In this document: positions 26,715 to 40,709 of the stretch, one piece after another
Layout of the letters: every line of letters begins with the position of its first letter
Numbering within the stretch: position 1 is the first letter of the stretch
Program-made: the position numbers and the translations under genes
The notes under the pieces: model-generated
The model's input: the letters and a program-made list of their open reading frames with translations, nothing else
The model's database searches: none
Told to the model about the DNA's origin: nothing
Source: Octopus sinensis
Taxonomy: Eukaryota
Direction: 5' to 3'
NCBI RefSeq assembly: GCF_006345805.1
Contig: NC_043006.1
Span: 78,740,001 to 78,804,000, forward strand
DNA: 64,000 bases

Positions 26715-28273
26715 CTAGCTGAAGGTGACCCGCTCTACGCGAGGGTAAGAGTGTGGAAGCGGCGAGCTGGCAGAAACGTTAGCGCGCCAGGCGAAATGCT
26801 TTGCGGTATTTCGTCTGTCGTTACGTTCTGAGTTCAAATTCCGCCGAGGTCGACTTTGCCTTCCATCCTTTCGGGGTCGATAAATTAAGTACCAGTTTCG
26901 CACTGGGATCGATGTAATCGACTTAATCCCTGTGTCTGTCCTTGTTTGTCCCCTCTATGTTTAGCCCCTTGTGGGCAGTAAAGAAATATATATATAAATG
27001 TATACAAATTATATATATATAAATACAGATATATACACTTTGTATATATACATTATATATACATATTTATATATAGACACACACACACACACACACACAC
27101 ATATAAATTAATTTCATTTTGAGGCCTCTGCTAATGTCCTGTGTAAGTGGTCGTCATTGAGAAGTAGGCCGCGCCTCAAACATGCTTCCCTGTAAGTGGC
27201 GCAGATGATACCATCAACTGTGCGAAGATCAGCAAAAGACTTCGGTCCAGTAACTACATGAAGCAGCATTCTGAAAAAGAAGATTTCCTGTTTGGTAGGA
27301 TGAATATTATACACACGCCCAATGACGTTCTTCCTAGAAACACCGGGCCAATTGTCAAGTTCTGTTCCATGTGACCTGCGCTTCCAATTATTGTTGTTGT
27401 ATGTGTATATTCCGGTACTTTAGGGTAAATGAGAGTAGCAGCAAACTCATCAACTGAACACAATTTAAAAAACGCTGTAAGCGTAGTCCCTTTTGGATTT
27501 TCAATGACTTGACGTGCATTTTTCTCTGTGAAGTAAACCAGCTGTCTCTTCTGTAAATGAACATTCAGGTAGAAAACTGATGGTGAGCTTAGATGAATCT
27601 CGCATCCAAAAATGCGCCACGCTGCATAATTGGAGGATACATACCTACCCAAAACGAATTGTTTAATTTCGTCATGTCTAAGGTCTTCATCACTGAACAC
27701 AAACACGGCCATATCATCGCCCTTATTAATGTACTTGCAGAGGTATTGTATGCATCTCACCGAACTGCAGTACTCAACATTAATGTGTGCATTAAATGTT
27801 TTGGAAAGCAAAGGGTTGAATGGAACAATCCAGGCATTATCAACATCCAATGTTATTAACCGTTGTCTAACTCTAGCTGTGCGGCCACCCAAACCTGTGT
27901 GGTGGTGGCGATGATAATTGTCTGTATGAATGCAGACAGACGTGTAGAGAGTGTGTGAAAGCGCTGTAGAACGTCGTTTGACGAATCGACGTTATATATA
28001 GAAAGTGATGGGAAGGGAGGAAATAGAGTGAGTGAGTGAGGAAGACAGATACATAAAAGACTGAGAGTGGACTTGTCAAAGTAGGTTTTTGGCCCTAGCA
28101 ACGACACCTTTTAAGATAGGGATTTCTAACGTAGCCCACTGGTATCGTCACCTCATTTTACATGTCCCTGTAAATTTTGGAGTCAATCCGACGGGATGTA
28201 GTGGCGTTGAAAGCGGGCCAAGCGGTCGAGTCAAACAAACAAACTTTTCGCATTTCAGTTTTATAAATAGAGA
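26715..28273 (-). mobile_element. Non-autonomous Helitron with both termini and an internal RepHel fragment
   Basis: 5' A|TCTCTATTTATAAAA...GTTTGTTTGTTTG at 28273; 3' GC hairpin (26728-26746) plus CTAG|T at 26715; internal VDNAWIVPFNPLL...HINVEYC...KYINKG...GRYVSS...AAWRIF...TLTAFF...FFRMLL..V.GPKSFADLRTVDG...TYREAC. Confidence 0.9.
26759..26988 (+). mobile_element. SINE family A, full length, nested in the Helitron
   Basis: Complete head to AAAGAAATA tail. Confidence 0.9.
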
Positions 28274-28300
28274 TATATATACGCACACACACACAGACAC

Positions 28301-29760
28301 GACAAAAGTAAATAGACACCCTTATAATTGTTTAAATTTATTTAAATCTGAACTTATACATTCAAATTATTAATTAATTATTATAATGGGAATATCTAAT
28401 ATTTAGTAGACTTGCTCTTTGCGTTTTTCATTGCAAGGAACCTATTAGGCTTTCTGCAGATAAGAATATTGAGAAATTTCTTGTCACGTTTCATGCAGTA
28501 ATCTCAAAAGATCTGACTTTTAAGATGGTTTCTTGTTCTTTTTACGAAGTGTTCTGTCCATTATACCCCAGAGGTGTTCAATAGAGTTCATATCTGGTGA
28601 TTGGCTTGGCCAAGGAAGCTTTTTAATGCTATCGTCTTCCAACCAATCTTGGATCTTTTTAACCGGAGTCCTTTCTGCAATACGGACATATATTTATCTG
28701 AATCTGTTACCCCCGCACTTCACCAGCCCTGATCGAACATTGCTCCAAATTGCTCTCCAAACCATCACAGAATAGCCGCCTTGCATCATTGTTGGCTTCA
28801 ATCTTTTCACGTCAAATTGTTGATCATAAAATCTCCAGACGCACACTCGACCACTGTCAGAAAATACAGAAAATCTAGACTCAACAGAGAATATGACAGT
28901 GTCCCAAAATGGTAGTGACCTCTCCATCATTTTACTGGCTGTATATTGTCTCCGCTGGTCCAAGAAGTGGCTTCCTTTTTGCTGCTCTGTCATAGTAGCT
29001 AAGTTTGTGGCGATACCTGACAGTTGTTCTGGGATTGACATCAACTTGTTCTCCAATGTCAGAAGTTAGGCAACGAGGATTATCCTCCACACTTCTCTTA
29101 AAGCGAAAGATCCTATCAGAGGGTCTGGTGGACCTGGGTGAGGTGACGTGGACTCCTTCTTCTCTCTGTGAATTACACAATCACAATTAACTGTAGAAAG
29201 CGGGATCCCGAGGTTTTCTACGATTTTACGCTAAGTCTGCCTTCAGATTGACGCACAATAGGCCTCTTTGATATTCGGTCAGTTCTCGGGCTTCTTTTGT
29301 ACGTGATATGATTAAACAGTTACGCCATTGTATTCGCCATTGTATTCGCCATTATATTCGCCATTGAGAATTCATGGAAGAAGTTTCGTGGAAATATGTG
29401 AATTTCACAAGCGGTCCCCAACATTCCCGCATGTAGAGACATCCTGTTTGCCGCAGATTGTCCGCAGACGCAGGGACAGAACGACAGACACTCCGAGGAT
29501 TTTCACCAGAGCCCCGTCTGCCGGGTTGCAGACCTAATACCACTCGGTGTCAGACCAATCCGCCTTTGGTGACCCTACCAGGAACCGAAGTTCCCGACGG
29601 CATAGCTCTGACACTGGGGGCGCAGGGTAAATGTCACCACAAGTACACAGTTACATATAGAACCTGAAACATAAAAATGTCAATTAATGAAAAATATAAA
29701 GCTTTTCAAGTAAAAATAAACATAAAACAATCATTTATGGGGTGTCTATTTACTTCCGTC
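28301..29760 (-). mobile_element. Tc1-like transposon relic with pseudogenised transposase
   Basis: Inverted repeats GACAAAAGTAAATAGACACCC (28301) / GGGTGTCTATTTACTTCCGTC (29740), 19 of 21 match; AAKRKPLL, WDTVIFSVESRF, GGYSVMVWRAIW. Confidence 0.8.
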
Positions 29761-29982
29761 TGTTTTTACACATACATATATACATACATACATGCATAAA
29801 TATATACATATATATATATACATATATATATAATCTTATATATTTTACTAGTTTCAATTATTTGACTGCAGCCGTACAGGGACATTGGCTTCAAGGGCTT
29901 TAGTCGGACAAATCGACGCCAGATAATTTTTAAAATCTAGTATTATTCTATCGATATTTTTGGCCGAGACTCTAAGTTACAC

Positions 29983-30032
<50 letters not shown>

Positions 30033-30420
30033 TACATACATACATACATACATACATACATACATACATACATACATACATGGAAGCCTCTTAAAGTGTT
30101 TTAATGTAGACTGTATTTTATATGAATAATATATAGTCTATTGACTAATATATATATATTTATATATATACACACCCATGCACATACGTGACGGTTTATG
30201 GTCGCCCCGAGCTATAGTAGAACACGTAAAGAGATTGAAGCGGCAACCACGTAGATGCCAAATAATTTTCTTATCACACAGCCACACCCACGCCTACACA
30301 GTCACGCTTGCATTTTCTTTTATTTTTACTCACATGCACACACACATACATTTATACATACGTGGGTACATTGAGTATAAATCAAATAATAGAAACAGAA
30401 AATGGAATACACAGGAAAAT

Positions 30421-30539
30421 TTATTACTCACTACGATCGTTTCGACACACCCTGCGTCGATCCCTCGCGGGCAGCACACTACACAACTAGTTGTGGTGCA
30501 ACGCTCGGGGAAGAGGTGTCTTGTCAGGTGACGTAATAA
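30421..30539 (-). ncRNA. Type-I hammerhead motif with long stem II insert (G8 mutated to A)
   Basis: TTATTACGTCAC CTGACAA GACAC...GTGTC GAAAC GATC GTA|GTGAGTAATAA; 11-bp stem I with one bulge. Confidence 0.8.
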
Positions 30540-30630
30540 GATTCCTGCCAAATGGTTTACACCTATTTTTACTAATAGCATGTTGTATTAAATCAGAGCA
30601 AAGCAGAGTTTAATTAACAAGATACCTTAT

Positions 30631-30745
30631 ATTACATCATCTGACGAGATGTTTCTGCCATGAGGGATGCACCACAACTAGTTGTATCGTTTCCCATCCG
30701 CGATGGATCGATACAGGATGTATCGAAACGATCGTTGTGAACAAT
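30631..30745 (+). ncRNA. Type-I hammerhead motif with long stem II insert and intact core
   Basis: TCAT CTGACGA GATGT...GTATC GAAAC GATC GTT|GTGA; homologous to and inverted relative to 30421-30539. Confidence 0.8.
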
Positions 30746-30786
30746 GAAGTTTTCCGTGTATTTCATTTTCAGTCTCCATCATTTGC

Positions 30787-31299
<513 letters not shown>

Positions 31300-31318
31300 A
31301 AAAAGTGGAATATATATA

Positions 31319-31889
31319 TCTTATTATATAAAATCCGTTCTGTCTGTCTGTTTGTGCGCTTATAACTCGCGTATTGTTCATCTGATCGCGCTGAAATTTT
31401 AAACATGGATACATGAGAGAGCGGGATGTTCTGTAAAAGGATTTTCTGAACAATATCAGACAATAGAACTCTGCAAATGACATCGTTTGGGGCATCTCAG
31501 AAGATACATAAACATGAATTTACGCCGACGTCAAAGTTGAAGGGCAAGTCCATCACCTCATTGGTTCCCTGTTACCCACAAATGAACAACCGCAAATGCA
31601 CAGTTCCTCCAAATTTATTTTATGAGTGATGTAGGTGCTGTTAGACACAGCACCGACTGGATAGCTTTTCAGTGCATTCAAAAATCACATAACACCCACA
31701 GGTTAGGGCCTGAAATGCTTCAAACGGACGTATAGCATGTTGCTTAGTCGAATTAGCCCGTCATTTACACCACAAATGTTTTGTTGTCAATGCTCCGCTT
31801 TCCCATATCACCTGTTTCAACATAACTGCAATATATTATATACAATCTATGTTATTTTAATCCCGAGCAACGCTGGGTATCTTTGCTAG
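31319..31889 (+). mobile_element. Non-autonomous Helitron with a Rep N-terminal remnant
   Basis: 5' A|TCTTATTATATAAAA...CTGTCTGTCTG; QMTSFGA, KVEGQVHHLIGSLLP, FLQIYF; 3' hairpin CCCGAGCAACGCTGGG plus CTAG (followed by C rather than T). Confidence 0.85.
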
Positions 31890-32069
31890 CATAGAATTTG
31901 AAAACTCCACCAGAAAGGACGAAAGCGCTATTATATGATATATGATATAAGTTATATGATGGAGAAAAACATGTAATATACAAATAAATATCTGTAAATA
32001 TAAAACCATCCGAATTTCTGAGTACCTCATTTCTTCTAATATAAAATACCTGTACATCATCTCCAAACC

Positions 32070-32162
<93 letters not shown>

Positions 32163-32191
32163 AGATGTGGAACACGAGTTGTGATATATAA

Positions 32192-32393
32192 AAAAGGAAA
32201 TGAAGAAAATGCTGACAAAATAATTTAAGTAATTTAAGTAATTTAATTAGGTGAAGTTCTTTTTACCGGTTGCGCATCAGAAAGGAACTCTAATCTTTGA
32301 TAAGCATAACAAATGCGCAACCGGTAAAAAGAACTTCACCTAATTAAATTACTTAAATTACTTAAATTATTTTGTCAGCATTTTCTTCATTTC

Positions 32394-32398
<5 letters not shown>
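32192..32398. repeat. Perfect 86-bp fold-back with 35-nt spacer containing hammerhead remnants
   Basis: 32192-32277 is the exact reverse complement of 32313-32398; TTGATAA GCAT-aacaa-ATGC GCAAC CG GTA at 32297-32326. Confidence 0.9.
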
Positions 32399-32441
<43 letters not shown>

Positions 32442-33090
32442 GTATCTTCTAATATATATATATATATAGGCCTTTCTATCTATCTATCTACCTATCTATC
32501 TATTTGTCTATCTATTAATCCATCTTTCTATCTATCTACTGTCTAATTCATAAGTATTATTTCTATATTTATTGCGAGTCAATTAGAGAACGAATTAGGT
32601 CAAGCTCAATGCAAAAAACAATTGTTGAGTTAAGCTCGTAAAGAATTTTGCTCGTGTGCGCACGCGTGTCTATGTGTCTGTGTTTGTGCTTTTCTCTCTC
32701 TCTTTCTCTCTCTCTCTCTTTTTCTCTCTCTCTCTCTCTCTCTCGCTGTTTGTCTATTTCCATCTTTCTCTTTCTCTCTTTACGTGTATTTATGTCCATT
32801 GATATGCTTTGACTGTGTAACTGTCTGAATTAATAGCAAGTATATACACGCATTAATATATAATTAATGCGTAACTTGTAGATATATATGTTAACATTTT
32901 GTATTTCAATGTAATGAACACGCGTATGTTTATTCTAGGAACGCGATTTGTATGCACTTGTATATAAATGTGTCGGTGGAGGGTACGTGTGAGAGAGAGT
33001 GAGAGAGAGAAAGTGTGTGTGCGTGCGTGATTGTGTGCACGTATGTGAACATACATACATATATATATGTATGTATATATATATATATAT

Positions 33091-33225
<135 letters not shown>

Positions 33226-33346
33226 TGTGCGTGTGTGTGTATGTATATATAGAGATAGATAGATAGATAGATTTCTTTATTAGCCACACAGGGCTGAATA
33301 CAGAGGGGACACATTTATTTGCAAGATAGATAGATAGATAGCTAGC

Positions 33347-33407
<61 letters not shown>

Positions 33408-33442
33408 GGATGGATCTATGTGTGTGTGTGTGTGTGTGTATA

Positions 33443-34330
33443 CAGAGTGATTTTTCGGACTAAATTTCGCGGTTTGCATAAAAATATCCCACCCAAAATG
33501 AATTCTAAACAATCAAAAAATATCAACTAGATTATAGCTCAGAGGTAACAGTTTACTCAAAGTAAACGCCCTCACTTTCCATGAAGGCCTCGAGACGGCT
33601 ACGGAATCCAGAGCATGCGTTCCACAGAGTGTCCCAAGGAATATATCTTTCATCTTGGCCACCAGCTAGGCGTTGATGTTGCGGACAGAGCAGCTGGTTT
33701 CTTTCGCAACCGCACCTCACACATAGTTATGCATGTGATTACAACTGGGGAAAAAGGCCAGAAATTGGGGCTGATAAAATCGCAGAAATTCTCCGACAAC
33801 CACTTCTAATCCTTTCTGGAGGTATGACAAAGAGCCGAATCCTGCTACCATACATATGGCATTCCAGCAGCAACCCTCTGCATTCAAGATTTAATCAGTC
33901 TCCACAGTTTCGCATAGCCGTCTGAATTGTGACTAAGGCCTTGTTGACACCTGTTGGGAGGCAATCCGTCTTGCGGATGCAGTCAGAACGCCTGTAGCAC
34001 CTCTTTTTGCAGGACAAGGCTTTGTAGTCTCCACTCCAGTTGCCCATATCAGGTCTTAGAGCCTTTACAATGTTCACAGAGCTTTGAGCAGCAATCATGA
34101 TGTCGGTATTTTGACACCCGGCATCATCAGGATATCAGTAATTCCCTCACAATATTCGGATGGCTTCCAGTTCTCCATATCAGCTAACTTTTTTTTCAAC
34201 TACATCTTTAATCTTTACGCTCTCCAACGCGGTTGACTGCTTAACAATACATCAAAGTTGTTCCTGAAAAAGAGAGGTATTAAAAATTCATCAAATTTAG
34301 CCTGAGCATACCGCCACAGAATCCGTGAAA
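33443..34330 (-). mobile_element. maT/DD37D-like Tc1/mariner transposase relic
   Basis: RVAAGMPYVW*QDSALCHTSRK..KWLSENF.DFISPNFWP...RLEAFMESEGVYFE*; terminus TA|CAGAGTG at 33443. Confidence 0.8.
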
Positions 34331-35319
34331 CCGGTCTTATGAGTTTATGGATCAGGAAGACCATTGATCCTTTCCATTCTTTCATATTTATATTTATATT
34401 TATATTTGCATTTAAATTTAAGTCACAATATGTGGATTCGTACTAATCCGGTAGTACTCATAAAAACAGCTCCTTAATGTATCATTCTACAAAACATATA
34501 GAGTCTATAGTTTGATACAGGAGAAAGTGATAAGGAGTGTATAAAGTCGTAAATGACAGAGAAATAGTTTGATGAATTGCTTTTTAACAATAAGAAAGTC
34601 GAAATATTACAACAAATTGTTTCGTAACTTAAAACATGCAGATAATTAATTTTTTTCTGTTTATTAATAAATAGATTACTTACATGTCTGCATTAATGTA
34701 AAATGCAAAAATGCCTTCAAATTAAAGGAGAATTTAAGTTATGAAACTTGAATTCTGCATTATTTTCCAAGATTTTTTTGCATTTTGCGTTAATATATAA
34801 TAATATGAATCATGTAGATGTTTTGCAAACAACTTGCACATGCAAGTGCTACCAGTCAAAAGCTCCGTATACCGGAAGCCAGCAAGTGTATTGGGTCATC
34901 ACGAGAGAATGCGCGCCGTTTCGGGGCCTACCTCTCGACGGCATCAATGCGCACCGGCCTCCCTCACTGATATGAGGCCCCGCTTGCTAGATCAGCTGGT
35001 TATCAAGTTAAGCTCAATATCCTCCTAGCCATCGCTCATCGTCTCTTTTTAACCACATCCAGTGGCTAGCCTTCTCCACTGTAGATTGGATATCGGTCAT
35101 GGTGGTATTGACTTTACGATGAGTTAGGCCTAGCGATAACAACAGTCGTCTCACGCTGTGTCCAACGAACCCTCAACATCCGACTTCGATGTTTTTAAGT
35201 TACGAAACAATTTGACGTGGTATTTGAATTTTTTTTTTTTTTGTTAAATGAAATTTCATCCAACTATTTCTGTCATTTATGATTTTATATTCGTATGCAT
35301 ATATTTATGTATGTATGCA

Positions 35320-35395
<76 letters not shown>

Positions 35396-35724
35396 TATGT
35401 GTGTGTGTGGGAAGATATATTGAGATTCGGACACAAGATAAAACAGACTTATTACATATGGCAAACTTTATTGACCCGAATAAATATATATACGCATGCA
35501 CATTGGTGCACCACTGCGTGATTGTATGTGTACAATCACAGGGGTATGTATGCGTGCGTGGCTCTTCATGTGTGCCTCTGTGTATATGTGTGCACAGAGA
35601 GATAGAGATAGAGAGAGTGCGTGGTGCGTGTATGCGTGCGTGTGTGCGTGTGTGATTGCGTCTCAAGTATTTTGCATAGTGAGAGACCGATAGAAACAAG
35701 AGAAAGAAAGAAACTATAACAAAT

Positions 35725-35768
<44 letters not shown>

Positions 35769-36348
35769 ACAAATAAACAAAAATGGAAAGAGAAAGAGAG
35801 ATTATAGATTATGCCAAGAGATGGTAGTCAAGGAAAACTTCCGGTTGTAGCAAATTGCGTGAACGGCAACATTAAGTTAGTGCATGGTTATACGGAATGG
35901 ACCAAGACTAACATATGTGACGTATGAATATGCTCAGAGGCATGTACGATGCTGTGTGTGTGTGTGTGTGTGCGTGTGTGTACGTGTGTGTTATAAACGT
36001 GTAGGAGGGTTGTGGAAGCATACAGGTATGTCAATGAATAAGAATATAATAAATGCATATATAATTACATTTGTAATTATATCTAGATAGATGTGTAGCC
36101 ACATGTATAAATACAAGCATACACACATGCATACAAACATAGATAATGATATAACCTCACATAAGAATCAACGGTTCAGGTAATGAATAATTAAGTAGTT
36201 CATGCCAAGCTTGTGACAGTATGTATGTGTGTGCGTGTATACATACACATACACGTATGGATGTCGGGCGGCTTTTAGGCTAGCTCCAATGGAGGGCTCT
36301 GCATTGGGCCTTGGGCCCAACCATGACAGTTCATGCATTCAGTACATA

Positions 36349-36757
36349 CTCTTTTTACTCTTTTATTTGTTTCAGTCATTTCACTGCGGCCATGCTGGAG
36401 CACCGCCTTTTAGTCGAGCAAATCGACCCCGGGACTTATTCTTTGTAAGCCCAGTACTTATTCTATCGGTCTTTTTTGCCGAATCGCTAAGTGACGGAGA
36501 CGTAAACACACCAGCATCGGTTGTCAAGCAATGCTAGGGGGACAAACACAGACACACAAACACACACATACATATATATATATATACATATATACGACAG
36601 GCTTCTTTCAGTTTCCGTCTACCAAATCCACTCACAAGGCATTGGTCGGCCCGGGGCTATAGCAGAAGACACTTGCCCAAGATGCCACGCAGCGAGACTG
36701 AACCTGGAACCATGTGGTTTGTAAGCAAGCTACTTACCACACAGACACTCCTGCGCC
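36349..36757 (-). mobile_element. SINE family B, full length
   Basis: Head, core and tail present. Confidence 0.85.
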
Positions 36758-37256
36758 CATTGAATTTTATTAAACTTGACCAATATTTTTGAAGTGATGA
36801 GCAATTTTCATCAAAACAATGGTATAATTTGTCAACTTGGAACTTATTGCAAAACTGCATGATAAACAAGATTTTTGTCTTCTCATTCAGGGTTCAGTAC
36901 AATCTTTATTCTGTCTAACCTCTTTCTTTCTCTCTCGCTCTCTCCCTCCCTATCTCTCTCTCTCTCTCTCTCTCTTTCTGTTGATTGTTTTCAACCATCA
37001 CCTTCCCAAGTACCACCACCATCGCCACAACTGCCATACACATACCATTCAGATATCTGAAGACTACACCATCAATAACTTTCACTTCGCCACCTTCCGC
37101 TCCACCACCATCAACACTGTCTTTCATATTACTTATACACCATCATCCCTAAATGCCCTAGCTGCCACCAATACCACCATAGAGATAGATAGACGGAGAC
37201 AGACAGACAGACAGATAGACAGACAGAGAGACAGATAGACAGACAGACAGACAGAC

Positions 37257-37306
<50 letters not shown>

Positions 37307-37344
37307 ATAGACGGACAGATAGATAGACGGACAGAGAGATAGAG

Positions 37345-37474
<130 letters not shown>

Positions 37475-37842
37475 GGAGAAGGTGGGGGGAAGGGATTTCT
37501 TTTCAATTTGGAATGTCTACCATAGCATGAGACATGAATTCAAGGATGGCCATCTCTTTTTGGATGGGCACATACCCACTCTTTCTCTCTCTTTTATTAT
37601 TACTCCCACGGCCACCATCAACACTATCACCAACTCTCCCTAAAATTCTTTGTCTCTCTTTCTCTCCCTCTCTTTTTCTTTCTCTCTTTCTCTGTCTTCG
37701 CCACCGCACTCATCGTTTCTATGCCTACTATTGCTCTCACCCCACCATGAGAAATTATGGTTAGGGTGTCATTGAATAGTGGGAGAGGGGGGGTCTAACG
37801 TGTGACATACTGAAACACAGAAATTAGTTTTTGCATTTATTC

Positions 37843-37919
<77 letters not shown>

Positions 37920-38680
37920 AATATATATTTATATATATATATATATATCTATACTTGTATATGTGTGCATTTACAAAGGGATACCTGTGAGCATGCCAAA
38001 ATACATATAGATGCATACAACATGTGTGTGTGCGCCGCGCGGAAGTGTGTAAGTAACAAAGATCTACAGGTATCAATGCATTATGGCCAATTCAAGCGGT
38101 TCCAGTTAATTGATTAATGAAAACATTACATCAATTTAAAAGAAACAGGTCTCGTCAGATGACCGCATAGACTTCAGACATAAACGATAAACTATTTCCC
38201 ACTGGCGGGAAATAATAATGATTTCGGCACTTTCGGTATTCTCTCCAAAAGTGCAAGTGACACCGATATTAGCACGGAATATGCATTCTGTATCATGCCA
38301 TCCTTACCTTTGCAACCAGAGCACAAACCTGTATGCAATTTTAACTATTCTAACCATTCAATAATTAATCCGTCTTATTAGTCTCTGATGAATTCTTCTT
38401 TGCTTCTACTTGTGCTCTCTCTCTCTCTCTCTCCCCTCTCTCTCTCCCCTCTCTCTCTCCCCTCTCTCTCTCCTCTGTCTGCTATATCTATGGTGCAAAA
38501 TATTATATAGACACGCAGTAATTCAAGAACAATAATTTCTAACTCAAGCCCATGACTACACATTGATGCAGATTATAATCGATTAAATCGACACCAATAC
38601 TTTACTGATACTATAATTATCCTACAGAGAAAAAATACCAAGTTAGTCTCATTCTCCATTTTTCATTTCAACTAAATATA

Positions 38681-39842
38681 TTGGGTTTTCCTGAAAGTTC
38701 GCGCCGATTTAAAGAAGCTTACCTTTCGACTTATTTTAGAACATGGTTGAGTCCATAAGATAGGATTTGACTACACCTCCATTTAGAGCACAGTTTAAGC
38801 TATCTTTTCGTGGAAGAAGGTTTATGTTCCTATAACCTGTGTTAATTCTGTAACCCTTTAAAATAAAAGATGAGAAAGTTCATTTTCGGCACTTGATGCT
38901 TTTTTTTTCCGTAAAGGGAAAAATGCATCACAAGCAACCAAAGGAATATGCGCAATTTACGGTGATGTTTTTTATCCGAAAGAACAGTACGGAAGTGGTT
39001 AGCAAGGTTCTGAATTGGAGATTGTAGCCTTATTGATAAAGTGCGATCAGACAGACCATCCATTACAGATGATGACCAAATCAAGGCATTAATTGAGAAT
39101 AACCCACAATGCACAACCCGAGAATTGGCAGAAAGCCTCAACCTATCAAAATCCGTCGTTCGTGAGCAACTGGTAAAACTTGGGTACACAAATCGCTACG
39201 ATGTTTGGGTACCACATGAGTTGAGTGAGAAGAACCTTTTGGATCGCATTTCCATCTGTGATTCGCTTTATAAACGGAATGAAAACGCGCTTTCTTTAAA
39301 GCAAATTGTGACAGGTGATGAGAAATGGATTATCTACCGAAATGTTCAGAATAAGCGACATGAGCCACTCTTAGTCACCTAAAAAGCGGGTCATTACCCT
39401 AAAAAAGTCTTTATTTGTGTCTGGTGGGATTGGAAAGAAATGGCCAAAAGGAAGGGTGTTGTTTTCCAATATGATAATGCAAGACCGCACGTTTCTTTGG
39501 GAACCAGAAAAAAATTTCTGCAGCTCGGCTGGGATGTGTTACCCCACCCTCTATATTCACCAGATATTGCTCCTTCGGATTTCCACTTATTCAGGTCTCT
39601 GCAGAATAGTCTTAATTGTAAAAATTTCAATTCCTTGAATGACGTAAAAAGATACCTTAATGAATTCTTTGCCATGAAACCATCTCAATTCTGGGAAGAG
39701 AATATTTTCAAGTTAAAGGAAAGATGGAGACGCATTGTGCAAGAAAATGGTTCATATTTGGTTGATTAAAAATGTAATGGCAAGTACTTATTAACCTTTT
39801 TCTTTCCTTTAAAAATCGGCACGAACTTTCCGGACAACCCAA
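38681..39842 (+). mobile_element. mariner (DD34D) element, both TIRs and TA TSD, internally deleted transposase pseudogene
   Basis: TA|TTGGGTTTTCCTGAAAGTTC ... GAACTTTCCGGACAACCCAA|TA; WVPHEL, VTGDEKW, YDNARPH, YSPDIAPSDFHLF; start codon lost. Confidence 0.95.
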
Positions 39843-40076
39843 TACAAAACCTTTGTTCCGTTTCCCCACCACACATACACACACCTTTCTCTCTCCTCCT
39901 CTCTCTCCCTCTCTCTCCATCTCTCTGCATATTTGCTATGCAAAGGTTTCTGCTCCCCTCTACCAGCCAATTGTTCATGCGCTTTTCTCTTTGCCATTAA
40001 TTTCACTTAGCAACAGTATGTGCCACACTTCCCTCGGGCTGTTCAGCCTGCGTAACATTCATTTAATCAAAAGCAA

Positions 40077-40336
40077 ATGTGCATTATTTACATTATTCAC
40101 ATTCGACGGATATTTGTCCTCATCTTGTTTGTTAACACAACGTTTCGGCTGATATACCCTCCAGCCTTCTTCGGGTGTCTTGGGGAAAAAGATTGGTTCT
40201 CATTCCTAAGGTATTTTTTTATGTTATTATTATTATTAACCACTACGCCAAATGCCCGTGGGCACATGGCGTAGTGGTTACGAGCGCGGGCTACTAACCC
40301 CAAGATTCCGAGTTCGATTCCAAGCAATGACCTGAA
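40077..40336. mobile_element. Stand-alone copy of the tRNA-head/hammerhead repeat with head-to-head inversion
   Basis: Tail with HHR on the minus strand (40077-40235), inverted 21-nt head stub (40237-40257) and full plus-strand head (40260-40336). Confidence 0.85.
40134..40179 (-). ncRNA. Minimal type-I hammerhead motif (U4 mutated to C)
   Basis: GACAC CCGAAGA A GGCTG-10nt-CAGCC GAAAC GTT|GTGTT. Confidence 0.75.
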
Positions 40337-40339
40337 CAC

Positions 40340-40371
<32 letters not shown>

Positions 40372-40512
40372 TGAAAAGTACTTAATTTATCAACCCCGAA
40401 AAGATGAAAGGCAAAGTCTTCCTCGGCGGAAATTGAATTCAGAACGTAAAGACAGACGAAATAACGGTAAGCATTTTGTCCGGTGTGCTATCGTTTCTGC
40501 CAGCTCGCCGCC
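40372..40512 (-). mobile_element. SINE family A, 5' part
   Basis: Family A head and core. Confidence 0.75.
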
Positions 40513-40676
40513 TTCTACCACTAACATCATAATCGTATTCATGTATAACCAGCACCAACAGCAACATCAACAACAACAACAACAACATCCTTATCACCAC
40601 TACCTCAACTGCCACTACCACCACCACCGCTATAATTATCGTAATCATATATCACCATCACCAACACCAACACTAC

Positions 40677-40709
<33 letters not shown>

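Noticed and set aside
29323-29366. 12-bp tandem repeat (CGCCATTGTATT) x3.5, superficially CRISPR-like
   Set aside because: No spacers; a simple minisatellite inside a Tc1 relic in eukaryotic DNA.
34290-34345. GAAACCGGTC resembling a hammerhead 3' half
   Set aside because: No CUGANGA or UUGANAA core with adjacent stems upstream.
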